A stretch of 63,390 bases of DNA, taken from the NCBI RefSeq assembly GCF_006345805.1, contig NW_021831831.1:1-63390 (forward strand), written 5' to 3'. A model generated the notes under the pieces. It was not told the origin of the DNA. It saw only the letters and a program-made list of their open reading frames with translations, and did no database searches. This stretch comes from Octopus sinensis. Lineage: Eukaryota. Every line of letters begins with the position of its first letter. Within the stretch, counting starts at the first letter, position 1. Positions 11,230 through 25,282 of this stretch are shown one piece after another. The translations under genes were made by a program, and so were the position numbers.

Positions 11230-11721
11230 AATTATTAGTAATGGTACAATTTGTAATATAAAATAACATGTCTTACAAACTTGTTAATTTGCTGGTCTTT
11301 GATTTAAAATGTCTGAGAAACTGGATATCATTTCAGTTCTTTGATTGTAATATTTTCTTCTTGATTGGTGCTTCTTTGATGTTTGTGAGTTATTTTTGTT
11401 GGTTTTGTGTTTAAAGTATGATAAATTGTTACACACCAACAATCTCCTGTTAATTTGTGATCTGTAAATATGATCCAATGAAAAGGCACCAAGATTATTG
11501 CGAAATATGCTCAGGAGCTGCAATGTTTCTGGGTAGTTTTGTCTGGGCCACACTGTCTTCGTCTTTAGGAGAAATAAGTTGTGGCCGTTACCTGCAGAAA
11601 GATTACCTCTATCGGGTTGAGAGACCCAAGACACTGTAGATAATGAGATGGGCCTTTACAACTCCTGTCAGGAGCTGAGGACACAGGGCAAAGTAAAATA
11701 ATCTAATATGGCTGCATTAAA

Positions 11722-11927
11722 AGGGCGGCGAGATGGCAGAATCGTTAGCACGCCGGGCGAAGTGCTTAGCGTTTGTCTTTATGTTCTGAGTTCAAATTCC
11801 GCCGTGGTCGACTTTACCTTTCATCCTTTCGGTGTTGATAAGAACAATAATTAGCATTTGAACACTGGGGTCGATCTAATCGACTAGCCCCTTCCTAAAA
11901 ATTTCGGGCTTTGTGCCTAGAGAAAAG
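11722..11927 (+). mobile_element. Family A SINE, full length, 17 bp TSD
   Basis: ggcggcgagatggcagaatcgttagc head; TSD aatatggctgcattaaa at 11705-11721 and 11928-11944. Confidence 0.92.
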
Positions 11928-12101
11928 AATATGGCTGCATTAAAGAAATTTGCATTAGATATAGGGAAATGCAATTGTTTTATTGTTAAACTATATTTAT
12001 AATTATTAAATAAATATTATAATATATGAGTTAGCATTTTATGAGATAGATAGAAAGATAGTTTACCCACACACACACCATTCAGACACACACACATACG
12101 C

Positions 12102-12147
<46 letters not shown>

Positions 12148-12266
12148 CGCATGAGTGTATGTATAAATGTATATATATAAATATAAATGTATGTAATGAG
12201 CAAAACCGTAACTGCTTAGCATAATCGAGACATTTTTCCAAAACCTAATACTGTTGACAGCCAACT

Positions 12267-12347
<81 letters not shown>

Positions 12348-13036
12348 ACACGCTGTAATATACTTAAAAATAAAAATTTTGTTATGTTTCCGCAGTTTGT
12401 CAGGAGTATCTACTCCCACTCAAAGACGAATAAAGCAAATATTTTCATATAAAAAATCACAGCAGCTAAAGAACATGACGTGAGAACTAGGAGGACAAAC
12501 AGAAAGCGGAAAAAAAAACAGTGAGAGGGAAAGAGAGATGAAGAGGTACGGTAAGGAAAAATGGGAGAAAAAGAAACTTTAGAGAAGCCGTTTATTTTTG
12601 TATATAAAAATAAAGAAACAATTGTATGGTGACTTGAAATGGGAAGTGGTTTTAAGTCAATTCAAAACAGACAAATATTTGTTTAAAACAAACTAGTAAA
12701 TGAAATTAATTCTAAGTTAATATTACGAGTGAAAAATGACCAAAACGCTTATTGACATAATGATGATGCAAATAGAAAAGTAGAATTTGTCCAGAAATAC
12801 AGATGTTGTTTGGAAAGCGAATTCATTGTGAAATATCAGACAAGATTTTATAATTATAATTTTGTTTATAGATCTGTTAATAGAAGTCTCTAGTCAGGAT
12901 TAGTTTTCTGGGTATTTTCCTTTCAATCTCTGACTCCATTTTATGAAAATATAATATTCAGACAGAACTCAAGACTTCCAGTTCTATGAAGTAGAAGGCA
13001 TTAAATTTGTCCTGAAATCTCTCTCTCTCTTTCTTC

Positions 13037-13113
<77 letters not shown>

Positions 13114-13619
13114 TTCTATCTATTTATCTATCTTCGCTACGTTTATTACAAGAATTAACCCTCTTTCATATCTCATGGCGTTTAAATTAGCGATTCTTAA
13201 TATGCTGTCAATGGAACGATACAAAAATTTGTGGTGGCTTCATGAAAAAAAAAACGGGACATCTTAGGGTCAACAAAAATGTCTGATTTCTGACGAAGTC
13301 ACACATAGGCTTACAAGACCGACAAATGATCGCTGTATTACAGTCTTCATATTTCTTTCTTTGTGCTAATTTTAACAGCATAGATATTAAAAATAAGAAC
13401 AGTATTCTGCTAAATTTTATTTAGGTCCTAAAAGATAAGAAAAACTCACATATGAAAAAAACATAATTTCATCATTTTTCGTTAAGATATTTAACAATAC
13501 AAAAGATAGAAGAAACAACAGCACAAGATATCTAAAAGTGACTAACCTCCGTTTATTCTCGCTTCATTCGAGATTTTTCTTCCAATTTGGTTTAAATAAA
13601 TTCTCATTAAAGTCTTCAA

Positions 13620-13990
13620 TAAGCATTCTTAAAATTTCCTACATAATTAACTTACCTGGGTCTAAGATTAATGCCTGCGTTCTCTCTTTATAAATTCTCT
13701 TACATCCTACTTAAATTACCACATATGTAACGTACCAAGAAATCATCTCCTCACTAACCTTTAAGCTAATCCAAGCTACTCCTTAACTATTGCACTTTGA
13801 TTCAATTTAACTATAGTAAACCTATCATTTCTTTGATTGGACTATAGACGTAGATAGCTATCGTGTGCAACCTTCATTTATTATACACTCAGTAAAACCT
13901 ACCCCGCTCTTTCTTCGTTTTGCTACTTTCAAATCTTTCTCTGTCTGAACTCATATAAATACCACTTTCCATACCTTACTATAGTAAATG
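13620..13990 (-). mobile_element. Possible highly decayed RTE-type AP-endonuclease fragment
   Basis: Minus-strand peptide with GVAWISLKV...W.V.Y... and KLIM* resembles LINE APE motifs; many stops. Confidence 0.2.
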
Positions 13991-14025
13991 TATAGTGAGA
14001 ATTTCTTTTATCTTTTTTCTGTCAT

Positions 14026-14320
14026 TTTTACTTGTTTCAATCATTAGACTACGACCATGCTGAGGCATCGCCTTGAAGAATTTTAACCCAAGGAATCGAC
14101 CTCAGCATTTATTTTTTCTTTAAGTCTTGTATTTATTCTATCGGTCTCTTTTGACGAACCTCTAAGCTATGGGGATATAAACACACAAACATCGGTTTCC
14201 GTCTACCAAATTCACTCACAAGGTTATAGAAGAAGATACAATCCTAAGGTGCCACGCAGTGGGACTGAACCCGGAACCATAACCATATGGTTGGAAACAA
14301 ACCACACAGCTGTGCCTGTG
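14026..14320 (-). mobile_element. Family B SINE (internally deleted)
   Basis: Reverse tail, core and head blocks; internal microsatellite segment missing. Confidence 0.8.
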
Positions 14321-14933
14321 TCTTTCTAAATTACTTTTATTCTTGCTGACACCCTGACCTCCCAGGACTGTGAATTTAGCAAGTTTATGATTAATCAAAA
14401 TAGGTCATTTGATATGCTCATTATCTGGATGAAGAATTCTTGAATTTTTATAAGTCTGTGACTATGCTGCCCACTTCTGCTAATAGATATATTAGTTGGA
14501 AACCCTGAAAGATGTACCCGAACTTTAGAGTCTAAGGGAAATGGTAAGGATATAACTTTTTCATTTATTAATTTATCAGTTATGCATATAAGCCAATGTG
14601 TAGCGAGGAAACGGTTCCTCTAACCATCCGAAAACGATCCTAACTTCGAATAAAGTGATGTAACAAATAATCTTAATTCCTTTTGTCTTATTATTATTAG
14701 ATTCTGCGATTAATGCACCAACCAATCGATTGGTGAATAATCCTAGTCTGTATGGTTCGACCTGTGGATTTAGCCTATAAAGATTACTGTATTCCTCACT
14801 TGACATTTTGTTAGCCAGGCTTTTTCGCATAGAGTGCTTACTAAGGTATACGCTTGAATCTCTTCATTCCGTATTTTTATCACTGTGTGTGTGGACAGAC
14901 AGATAGACAGATAGACACACAGACAGACAAACG

Positions 14934-15013
<80 letters not shown>

Positions 15014-16041
15014 TCACGTGTATACGGTATATATTTAGTCATGTTTCAATGTTTCATTGTCATAAAAGAAAAACGATAGTATATAAATAAGTTTCTCAAA
15101 TTACAAATGCCTGGTAGAAACTCATTTTTTAATTAAAACTCATTCGTTTGATTTTATTTTCGCCAAACAACTAAACCCAAGTTTTTCCTTAATTTCAGTG
15201 TACTTAATCAGTGCCTCAGAGTTATAATTTGAAGCTGACATTAAACTCTGGAACTGATTGCATATTCTGGCTTTCCACTGCTACCTAATGAGCGAATGCC
15301 AAACTGCAAATAAAATGTTTAATGCGTCCCTTATGCATAGTCAGCCGTAGACGAACATAACGTTTGTAAATTTACGGCACAGATTTAAACCGATTGGCAA
15401 GCCACTTAAAATAATTCCATTTATTGCTTTATATGTATTTGAGTGTCGTTATTCAGGAATAAGTGTGTATCGTTGACTGTGTGATATCAAAAATAAGACT
15501 AAGAGTAGATTTTGAAATAAAATGCAGGAAAATTTATGGAAGCCATTTTAAAAGACAAACCATCTTTTCTGCCGTCGGGTAGATAAATTTCTTTACTATC
15601 CACAAGAGGCTAAACACAGAGGGGATAAACAAGGACAGACAAATGGATTAAGTCGTAGATAAAAAGCACTGTTATTGAGGCCTTAAAAGAGCGATACTCT
15701 TGCACATGACATCGGTTCTACACGAAGAATATGTCGGCGGCTATATGGATTTATGAAATAAAGTCTGGAGAGAAGTACTTAGCAAACCAGACATTTTGAG
15801 AAATTGCTGTACAGTTATTAATGGTGCTTTGCGAAAAATAAAAAAGAGAAAAAATGAAGTATCTGTAGACTTAAAAATCCTAACGGAAATACTTTTCGAA
15901 TTATTTATAGAAGAGCTTCAAAGAAGAACCACTCCCCGATATTGGTGTGTGTGTATGTGTACAGGAAAATACAGACACACGTACACACCCATGCACATGC
16001 ACACACACACACAATTATATATATGTATTTGTGTATGTGAA

Positions 16042-16399
16042 GAGACGCAATGGCCCAGTGGTTAGCGCAGCGGACACGCGATCAAAGGATCGCGGTTTCG
16101 ATTCCCAGACCCGGCGTTATGAGTGTTTATTGAGCGAAAACACCTAAAGCTCCACGATCCTCCGGCAGGAGGTGGTGGCGAACCCTGCTGTACCTGTTCA
16201 CCATAACTTTCTCTCACCCTTTCTTCTTGTTTCTGCTGTACCTGTATTTCAAAGGGGCCAACCTTGTCAGACTCTGTGTCACGCTGAATCTCCCCCGAGA
16301 ACAACGTTAAGGGTACACGTGTCTGTGGAGTGCTCAGCCACTTGCACGTTAATTTCATAAGCAGGCTGTTCCGTTGATCGGATCAACTGGAACCCTCGT
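16042..16399 (+). mobile_element. tRNA-derived SINE, family C with tail A, followed by (TATG)n
   Basis: A-box tggcccagtggttag, B-box ggtttcgattccc; core gagtgtttattgagcgaaaacacctaaagctccacg; tail A. Confidence 0.9.
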
Positions 16400-16903
16400 A
16401 TGTATGTATGTATGTATGTATGCATGTATGTATGTATGTATGTATGTATGTATGTATGTATGTATGTATGTATGTATGTATGTATGTATGTATGTATGTA
16501 TGTATGTATGCATGCATGTATGTGCGCGCGTGTGTGTTCTCTTTTTAATTTAGAATCATTATTAACCGGCCACCTACTCGGGAGCAAGATTCTAAAGGAA
16601 AGTATCCTGTTTTAAATAATCGTCCTTTAAATTTTAAGAAAGCCTTATAGATTTTTATAGTCCCAGATGTCGCGATCATTTGTAATATATGAATTAAAGA
16701 TGTCTGTTCTCTCTGAACCCCAAGTTCAGCCATACTTTGCTTCAAACGTGTTGGCATTTATCCTGCTACTCCAATAACAATATATATGAGGCTGAAAGGG
16801 TATCTTGGATAAAGGATTTGCGAACTTCTTATCAAAAGGTCCATTCTCTTGTACTTTCCTAATCACATTATTGTCTAACCATATGTTTGTGTGGGGGGGT
16901 GCA

Positions 16904-16936
<33 letters not shown>

Positions 16937-17262
16937 ATAGAAACGTGAGCTTTTCCTCACATACTCTCATATACCTAATTGTTCACGTATTACAGCATAG
17001 ACAGGAAATACGATTCTCCTGCTGTAAGGTGAAACATTAAAATTATTGCAGCCTTCATAAGCGTTTTGTTGGTTTTATGTACATTTAGAACATATAACAC
17101 ATCCTTTAAAAATATTAAAATTTGTAACTTTTAGTTTACGTTATTTCTGACAGAAATACCATATTGTTAACATTTGCAACTAAACTTCAATTTTTTAATG
17201 TCACAAAGTCATAAGTTCATATTGTAGGCTACACTTTTGCTTTCATTCACAAACAGTGAAAA

Positions 17263-17452
17263 AAATTTAGCACCCCAGGCAAAATGCTTAGCGGTATTTC
17301 GTCCGTCTTTGCGTCTTTGCGTCTTCAAATCCCGCCGAGGTCGATCTTGGCTTTCATCTATCGGAGGCCGATAAAATAAGGACCCGTTGAACAATGGGGT
17401 CGATGTAATAGACTTCCTCCTAAATTGCTGGCCTTATGTAAAAATTTGAAAC
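17263..17452 (+). mobile_element. Family A SINE (diverged)
   Basis: aaatgcttagcggtatttcgtcc, gaggtcga, tggggtcgatgtaat and aaaatttgaaacc blocks. Confidence 0.8.
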
Positions 17453-17663
17453 CAATACTTAAAGATTTTATTTCGATTTCTTTTCATTGAATAGAAACGA
17501 ATGAGTACTCGACAAAATCAAGGGCCGAATATCATTTGTAACCCTGGAGAAATATAAAGGTCAAAGTCAAGACAACATTTTAGTAATGACAGGCTAAAAT
17601 TTATTGAGTATTCTGCAGTATTATAACTGGTATCTCTTTTTATTAACTCTAATAAACATTAAT

Positions 17664-17861
17664 CCTTTCTACTATAGGCACAAGGCCTGGAATTTGGGGG
17701 CAGGGGATAAGTCAAATACATCGACCCCAGTACTCAACTGTTACTTAATTTATCGACCACGAAAATGATGAAAGGCAAAGTCAACCTCGGCGGAATTTGA
17801 ACTCAGAACCTACGCGAAGCATTTCGCCCTGCGTGCTAACGCTTCTGCCGACTTACCGCCT
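17664..17861 (-). mobile_element. Family A SINE with ~20 bp TSD
   Basis: TSD taactctaataaacattaat (17644-63) / taaccctaataaacattaat (17862-81). Confidence 0.9.
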
Positions 17862-18079
17862 TAACCCTAATAAACATTAATGACAAGGTGACCTCGTGAC
17901 GATTTGAACCAAGAGAACTAAATCAACCAAATTATCCTTCCGCTTTTTTTTAATAGAGATGGATATGGCATAATTTAGCTGTGATTCTATCTTGGTTCTA
18001 ATAGATCTGGTGACCAAATAGTGGTTTCCTTGACAACTCGTGACTGTATCATATTTTTGGTTAGATATAAATTCACTTT

Positions 18080-18720
18080 AACTTGCCAAAAGTTGACATG
18101 CATATAAATCTTTTCCACATGTCCTTTGCATTGATTTGTCTATTTTTATTTTATTTTGCTTCATCTTCGTTCTTCATTTTAATCGCACTCAAACTGAACA
18201 CTTTACATCATTTGTTTTCAATCCCGTTTTCTTTCTGCCAACCCGTTTGCCAACTTCAGTTGCTCTTCATCCTTCGAATTCTTCACTTATTTTCTATTTA
18301 GTGATACGCTTAGTCTGTTTAATCCTTTAAATCGCGTCTTTTCTATTTTCATGTCTGCGGTAATTTTCTTTCATCGTACTCAACTTCACAATGTCAAGAG
18401 TGAAGAGAAGTAGAACCTCCTGTAAGTTAAATATTTCCAGACGAAATCTTGCTGCCAGATGTAACATTGATCCAGTTTAAGACCTGTTCGAGAAAATCAG
18501 TAGGGAAAATCAGGATAATCGCGGTGTTAAGATGATCGCTCCGTGGCCATCACATGCAATTTTATACTTTCGCACGAGTCTCTTATAGTTGTTTCTAAAA
18601 ATGATAAATTCGCAGATCGATAGTGTTTCTAGCTTTTCATTGTCTCATCTTGGACAGATCTGTCTGTCTTACTTAAATCCTCAATAACATAGGGTTAGGA
18701 ATCCGTGTCTTTGCATACAA
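18080..18720 (-). mobile_element. Possible decayed LINE endonuclease/linker (Rex1/Babar/L2-like)
   Basis: Minus-strand pieces TDLSK..ARNTIDL, TTIRD....GHGAIILTP and INAKDMWK resemble APE C-terminal and linker motifs; frameshifted. Confidence 0.3.
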
Positions 18721-18821
18721 AGATGAAATCACTACACAAAATTAAAACTTGTTCATCTGCTCCTCTTTCACTCCATACAAAGACATTCTATATATATATA
18801 TATATATGTATGCATGTATAT

Positions 18822-18880
<59 letters not shown>

Positions 18881-19429
18881 GAAATTTTCCTTGTGTTGTA
18901 TGTCTTGTACCCTGTTTTTTCTTTGTTTAAAAAATGTCCGTTTCCATAGTTCTGTTTTTATGTTTTCGTTTCTCATTGCGTTCGACGTTTTTTTGGGGGG
19001 TGTCCTGTACCCATATATGCATCTATATATACATATAGATGTAGGTACGTACATATATGTATGTATATATGCATATGTTTTATTTATTATTTTGTTATTA
19101 TATATATATATGATTACATTTTACAAAAATTAACATTATGGAGCCTATACAAATGTATTTAACGTACACAGTTTAGCCATCTCGCCACAGTTGTAAATTG
19201 TAAAACATAACTACCACCACTACTGCATGGACCTGAAGATTGTATAGTTTAATGCCTGAAAGCACAAGTTCAATCAGAATGGCATTTAATATTCTAGCAT
19301 TTCATTACATTATATTATATTACATTATTATAAAATTGTAAATAGAACATGAAAATCAGATTAAGTTGGAATTTCTTTGAGTAATATATTCTTCTATACA
19401 CAATCATACACACCCGTGTATGTATATAG

Positions 19430-19518
<89 letters not shown>

Positions 19519-20129
19519 AACCTTTACATATATAAATAACGTGAAATACACGAAGGGACGAACATAAGAGACAGACGGGTCATTCAAAGCCTTCGTTCTT
19601 CAGTCAGAAACCGATTCCTCATCGCAAATTTCGGCTGTTTAATTCTGAAATATATCTATAAACAAGTTGTTTATATTTGCCTATACAAACTGTGTTAGCT
19701 AAAATTTATAGATATATTTTGAAGTATAGTACAGTACCGAAACGATGCATTGTTAATAGGCCAGTAATCTATTTATTGATCTAGCTGTCAAACAATGCGT
19801 TATATATGCAAATTGGTCAATTCGATTTAGTTGAGCCGTCACTAATAGTATTATTATAAGCACTATCTTTGTAGACAATTAAAAAGGGTAGTTGTTTGCT
19901 GATAAAATCCTGAAACTAAGTTGTGTCAGTTGTGTCTATGTTTGAATGTCTTCAGCTTAAAAATCTATACATGTATATATATACATGTATATATTCGCCA
20001 GCTCAAATGAAAGTTTGTAAGATATTATTTTGAGAAATAACAACTGGATCTTCCTCAAACGAAGCCCTATTGTCTATGCAGCATGAGTAAGCGAAAGCTG
20101 TTAAAAGACGTGCTTAAGAAGTCAAACCT

Positions 20130-20410
20130 TTTCTTTAATCTTATTTGCTCTCATTTCTCTACCGTTCTGTCTATCTCTCTCAAGTCAACAAAGCCTGCCT
20201 TCTTTCGAGAATGTCTAGAGAGCATTCCTCTATGGAACCTAAACTGACACTTGAAGGTGAGGCTTTAATATCACCTTGATGGCTTGTTGATGGCTCAGAA
20301 TATTTCATGATGTTAGCAAACACCGAAGAAGAGGTTTATGGACACATTCTACCCACCTTTAGTACTGTTCTCATCGCAGGATAGATTTCGCTGGACCCTT
20401 TCATCTACTG
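20130..20410 (+). mobile_element. RTE-clade LINE RT C-terminal remnant
   Basis: Frameshifted FFRECLESI.LYGT*T ... LLMAQNIS* ... VYGHILP matches the RTE pattern FF.ACVESILLYGSETWT...AQNISW...IYG.LP. Confidence 0.5.
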
Positions 20411-20867
20411 TGTACGTTTGTGTGCATGTGTGCGTGCGTGCGTGTGTGTATTTCGATGTTCAACAAAATTCTTATCGACGTTAATTAGGTAATTCTGTCG
20501 CACCATACATCAGGGCGATTCATTACCTTTGTGTCAGGAACATACCGCTAAGTATATTCTTAATTGATGATCACATGGGCCGGTACCATACCATTTCGGA
20601 AGAATAAGTTCGATAGTTGTTACATCATATAACACTTCCGTTAACACTGGAATGTATTTGGCACATAAATCACTTTTAACGATGGAGGTTCCATATGGAA
20701 ATTTTAAATGTGATAAAGATTTCTGTTATAAATATGATAAAGATGTCTGATGCAGATTAGGCTTCTCTTTCTACAAATATTTTCTTCAGAATGTCTAACA
20801 AAGATATATTACGTTTGAGCTTTCATTAGAAGCACATAGTACACATGTGTGCGCGTGTGTACCCATG

Positions 20868-20909
<42 letters not shown>

Positions 20910-20996
20910 AAATATTAAGAGTGCGCATACACTCGTATTACTTCTTTTGTCTCTCACTTTCTCTGTCTGTCATTTTTTCTCTCTTTTTTCCCTCTC

Positions 20997-21054
<58 letters not shown>

Positions 21055-21346
21055 CATACATACATGCATATATACATACATTCATATATATATATATGTA
21101 TGTATATATATATATGTGTGTGTGTGAGTGTATGTATGTATGTACATCACAATATAAAAACCTATGTAGACAAATCTGAGGACACATTTAATTAGAATAC
21201 ACACAGGTGTGTGTGTATGTATGTATATATGTATGTATATACATGTGTGTGTATATGTATATAAATATATATATACACACATATAGCTATACACATATGC
21301 ATATATATAGCTATATATATATATATATATATATATATAGATATAT

Positions 21347-21423
<77 letters not shown>

Positions 21424-22133
21424 TTATATATATAGCTATATAGCTATATATATGCATATATATATAGAGAGAGAAATGAAGCTAAAGAATGAGAATGAAT
21501 GATAAATTATACTCCATTCTAGGTTATCATAATTCTAATACCAGTTATGTAGATATGTTTGTACAATCTTTTAATGATTTTCACATGACATCTACTGGCC
21601 TGCTTTTACTTGCGATAATTAACGAGATAATTCAAAATTTTTCTTGCATTACGTTCTTTTTTTTTTTTACTCTATAAAACATTGCTTTTGCTTGTAGTCT
21701 GTTTCCCTACTAGAAGTAAATATGCCTTGATAGACTCCAAATTCCATGTAAATTTAGCTTCATTAATCTTGTAGTACAACTTCAAAAAGCATTCATTTTT
21801 AACTTTGCATTTAAAAAAAAAAAGTCCATTTCCAAGCGATGAAGAAAAATGCTGATACGAAGCTTCGAACTTTTTTTTTTTTTGTCTTGTTTGATCAAAT
21901 TTAGCTGTTACATATGTCAAACACGTGGCTAGCAACTAAATTGGCGAAGATGTTATTTTTCAAGTCTTTTTTTTTTTTTTGCTTTTTTTTTAAATACACC
22001 TTCGAATGTAGGCGTTAAAATGTTCTCGTTTCGATGTTGGAATTTCATTTTAACCAGTTATGTGGAAACACCCGTAAAAAAAAAAAAACGTTGAATAACA
22101 AATGCAGGATCAGTAATTGAACGGTGTCATCTC

Positions 22134-22203
<70 letters not shown>

Positions 22204-22204
<1 letters not shown>

Positions 22205-22646
22205 GATTGGCTACAGCAAATATTCTGCTCAATACCAGAGATTTACTTGTCAGTTGTTTGACCATAACCAGTTGAGCATGTCCCTTAGTGGCTGACGATA
22301 TGTGCATCACTAATCACGAGTAGAAGTAGTGGGGGACCATCATAGCCATGTGTTGAGAGGGATTCTTTGGGGTTTGAATAATTCACCTCTGGAAACATGT
22401 GTGTTTCGTTCAACATCCTTAAACAACCCTTATTCAGGGACCTTTTGAGCAGGATGAGTTACTCGACCAGAAGAAAATTCTAACTGGGCCCCACCTGCAA
22501 GGTCATGTGCTGTTAATCTTAATATGACATCACCATGTCGTGCACATGTGATTGTGATGCATGTGCCTAGTGTACCCTTATCAGACATGTAGTCATGATG
22601 GGTATACTGGGCTTCGTATATTTTACCCCAGTGTCACTTTGATGGC

Positions 22647-22647
<1 letters not shown>
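22204..22647 (+). mobile_element. ~550 bp (AAT)n-associated element, 5'-truncated copy
   Basis: Reverse complement of 46697-47238 and 60446-60992; preceded by (TAA)n 22137-22203; last ~20 bp replaced by (GTA)n(GTG)n(GTA)n. Confidence 0.92.
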
Positions 22648-22694
<47 letters not shown>

Positions 22695-22725
22695 GGTGGT
22701 GGTGGTGGTGGTGGTGGTGGTGGTG

Positions 22726-22767
<42 letters not shown>

Positions 22768-22789
22768 AGTAGTAGTAGTAGTAATGATA

Positions 22790-23140
22790 ATGAAAAGCAA
22801 AAAATATAATCCCTTAAACTGGATGAAAAACAAAGAAAAATAATATAGTCCCTTAAATTTTGAAATTACAAGAATTTGGAGTATGAAAAATGTAAAAGTC
22901 GTGCCTTTAATAAATGGTGCATTGGGAACTGTGAGTGAAAATATAGAGAAATGGTTGAAGGAGATTGGAATAGAATGTCCTGCAGAGCCTCTACAGAATG
23001 TTTACTCCTTAGGGACAGGAAGGATTATCAGGAGAGTCTTAGGCAATTGAAAGACTATTGAAAGCTTGTGGATGCCAAAGGTTGCAGGTAGTAACTCACT
23101 ACCCACATAAATTCTACTAAGAACGACCATGAGCCAAATC
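22790..23140 (+). mobile_element. R4/Dong-clade LINE 3' end (RLE C-terminus + 3'UTR + (AAT)n tail)
   Basis: KEK*YSPLNFEITRIWSMKNVKVVPLINGALGTVSENIEKWLKEIGIECPAEPLQNVYSLGTGRIIRRVLGN*, typical of R4/Dong C-termini; ends gagccaaatc(aat)n at 23141-23190. Confidence 0.85.
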
Positions 23141-23189
<49 letters not shown>

Positions 23190-23545
23190 TTGGTTTTGCA
23201 GTCATTTCCGTATGCTTGTCATTCAATTTCATAACTGAGTCTTTCAAAGTCGCGAAAAAATTAGCGCCATGAAGTTAAAATTCATTAAAATTCTTTCTTT
23301 GGTCATTCAATTTTGCACTTCGGTCAAAGAATTTAGCATTTACATCATTCAAATTAAAATGTCCGTTGAGAGCATTCAAATGAGTCGGAATACGCGGAAG
23401 CGTCTTCTCGAGCATTCAAATTCGCACATGAACACTCGAGTTCGGAATAAGTTTATTCAATTTAGCACTAACTTTTTCAAGTGTGTTTTTACTCACATTC
23501 TAAGAAGTGAATGTTAAAAATCACAAATTTAAATGACAGATCAGT

Positions 23546-23839
23546 CTGAGACTCCTGCCTCCCTACTCGCCGTTTCTTAATTGTACGGAAATGGCACATT
23601 CTGCCTTTAAGGCGGTCGTCAGGCAGGACCTCGCTCGAGCTGAGTTGTAGCAAAGGGTTGGCGGCCGGACAGCTGCAGAAAAAGCCGGCATGACCACGGA
23701 AGAACGGCGAGCACATGTCAGACAACAGGTCGCTAGGCGTAACATCAACGCTATCACTCCAGAAAATTGTGTTCGTTAGTATAGACACACCCAGACCTAC
23801 TTCCCGTGATGCCTCGACCGCCAGGAAATGGACGGCTAA
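23546..23839 (+). pseudogene. DDE transposase C-terminal remnant (Tc1/IS630-like)
   Basis: LRLLPPYSPFLNCTEMAHSAFKAVVRQDLARAEL*QRVGG...RRNINAITPENCVR*YRHTQTYFP*CLDRQEMDG*: LPPYSPFLN.xE motif with the third catalytic residue and IT..C..WY.H...Y.PRCL tail; three premature stops. Confidence 0.85.
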
Positions 23840-24077
23840 ATCCTCTCAAACAAACTCTCCTTATCAAGATTGTAAATCAATAATTATCTGAGTGTATATA
23901 GCACCCTTTCCCCGATGAAAGAGAAAATACAAAATCAAAGAAATATATACTTTTCCCAACAAGACATATTGGGCAAAGAAAGAACACATATCACAACATA
24001 ATGTATTCAGAATCAAAGAAAACGAGCATTTGTTGTAATTGTTTCTTTAAAAAGATCGAAAAGCTGGAATGCGATTT

Positions 24078-24411
24078 CGTGGCATCTTGGGCAAGTGTCT
24101 TCTATTATAGCCTCGGGCCGACCAAAGCCTTGTGAGTGGATTTGGTAGACGGAAACTGAAAGAAGCCCGTCGTATATATGTATATATATATATATGTGTG
24201 TGTGTGCATGTTTGCGTGTCTGTGTTTGTCCTCCTAGCATTGCTTGACAACCGATGCTGGTGTGTTTACGTCGCCGTCACTTAACGGTTCGGCAAAAGAG
24301 ACCGATAGAATAAGTACTGGGCTTACAAAGAATAAGTCCCGGGGTCGATTTGCTCGACTAAAGGCGGTGCTCCAGTATGGCCGCAGTCAGAGGACTGAAA
24401 CAAGTAAAAGA

Positions 24412-24420
<9 letters not shown>
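24078..24420 (+). mobile_element. Family B SINE (5'-truncated) nested in the Tc1-like element
   Basis: Core, internal TA/TG, Meta-like block and gtaaaagag tail running into (GA)n. Confidence 0.9.
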
Positions 24421-24455
<35 letters not shown>

Positions 24456-24759
24456 CTATGCAAAAATAAAAGAATTCACTGAAAAGACATGAGCAGGATA
24501 GAATGTTTAATGCGTAAACAATGGATGAAAACACGTGATTATGATAACAATGAGATAAAACCAAAATGGCTATCGTGCTAATTTGATTGTTCGAAGTGTT
24601 GCATAGATTGCTCTGAAGCGAATTTGAATGCTCGTAAAGACGCTTCCTCGCATTCCGACTAATTTCAATGCTCTGGGCGAGAATTTTAATTTGAATGATG
24701 TAAACGATAAGGTCATTGACCGAAGTGTGAAACTGAATGATCGAAAAACGAATTTTATG

Positions 24760-25282
24760 CATACATGTGTGCGTTTGCGTGTATGTATGTATGTATGTAT
24801 GTATGTATGTATGTATGTATGTATGTATGTATGTATTCATGTATGTATGTGTGTATGTATGTATGTATGTATTCATGTATGTATGTATGTATGTATGATG
24901 TATGTATGTATGTATTCATGTATGTATGTATGTATGTATGTATGTAAGTATGTATGTATGTTGTATGTATGTATGTATGGTATGTATGTATGTATGTATG
25001 CATGTATGTATGTATGTATGTATGTATGTATGTATGTATGCATGTATGTATGTATTCATGTATGTATGCATGATGTATGTATGTATTATGTATGTATGTA
25101 TGTATGTATGTATGTATGTATGTATTTGTATGTATGGCATGCATGTATGTATGTATGTATGTAAGTATGTATGTATGTATGTATGTATGTATGTATGTAT
25201 GTATGTATGTATGTATGTATGTATGTGTGTGGTGTATGTATGTATGTATGGATGGATGGATGGATGGATGGATGGATGGATG
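24760..25282. repeat. ~500 bp (TATG)n array grading into (GGAT)n
   Basis: Direct reading. Confidence 0.95.

Larger units (their letters stand above)
23283..24759 (+). mobile_element. Internally deleted Tc1/IS630-superfamily DNA transposon with ~180 bp imperfect inverted repeats
   Basis: Inverted repeats 23283-23470 / 24585-24759 (gtcattc...cacttcggtcaa...tttacatcattcaaattaaaat...gagcatt...gtcggaat.cg.ggaagcgtc); transposase remnant inside; family B SINE nested. Confidence 0.8.

Noticed and set aside
11284-11680. 116 aa minus-strand ORF and 60 aa plus-strand ORF
   Set aside because: No recognisable motifs; length is compatible with chance.
13290-13335. CTGACGA-AGTC...GACC-GACAAA hammerhead-like string (similar partial hits at 19234, 43966, 50636)
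   Set aside because: The GAAA core and/or stems I and III do not form.
13646-13660. U1 snRNA 5' end (acttacctgg)
   Set aside because: Only 10 nt match; downstream sequence is unlike U1.
19545-19605. Minus-strand CTGAAGA followed by an ACGAAGG/CCTTCGT stem as a hammerhead
   Set aside because: The stem is followed by GTAT, not GAAA, and there is no stem III or cleavage triplet.
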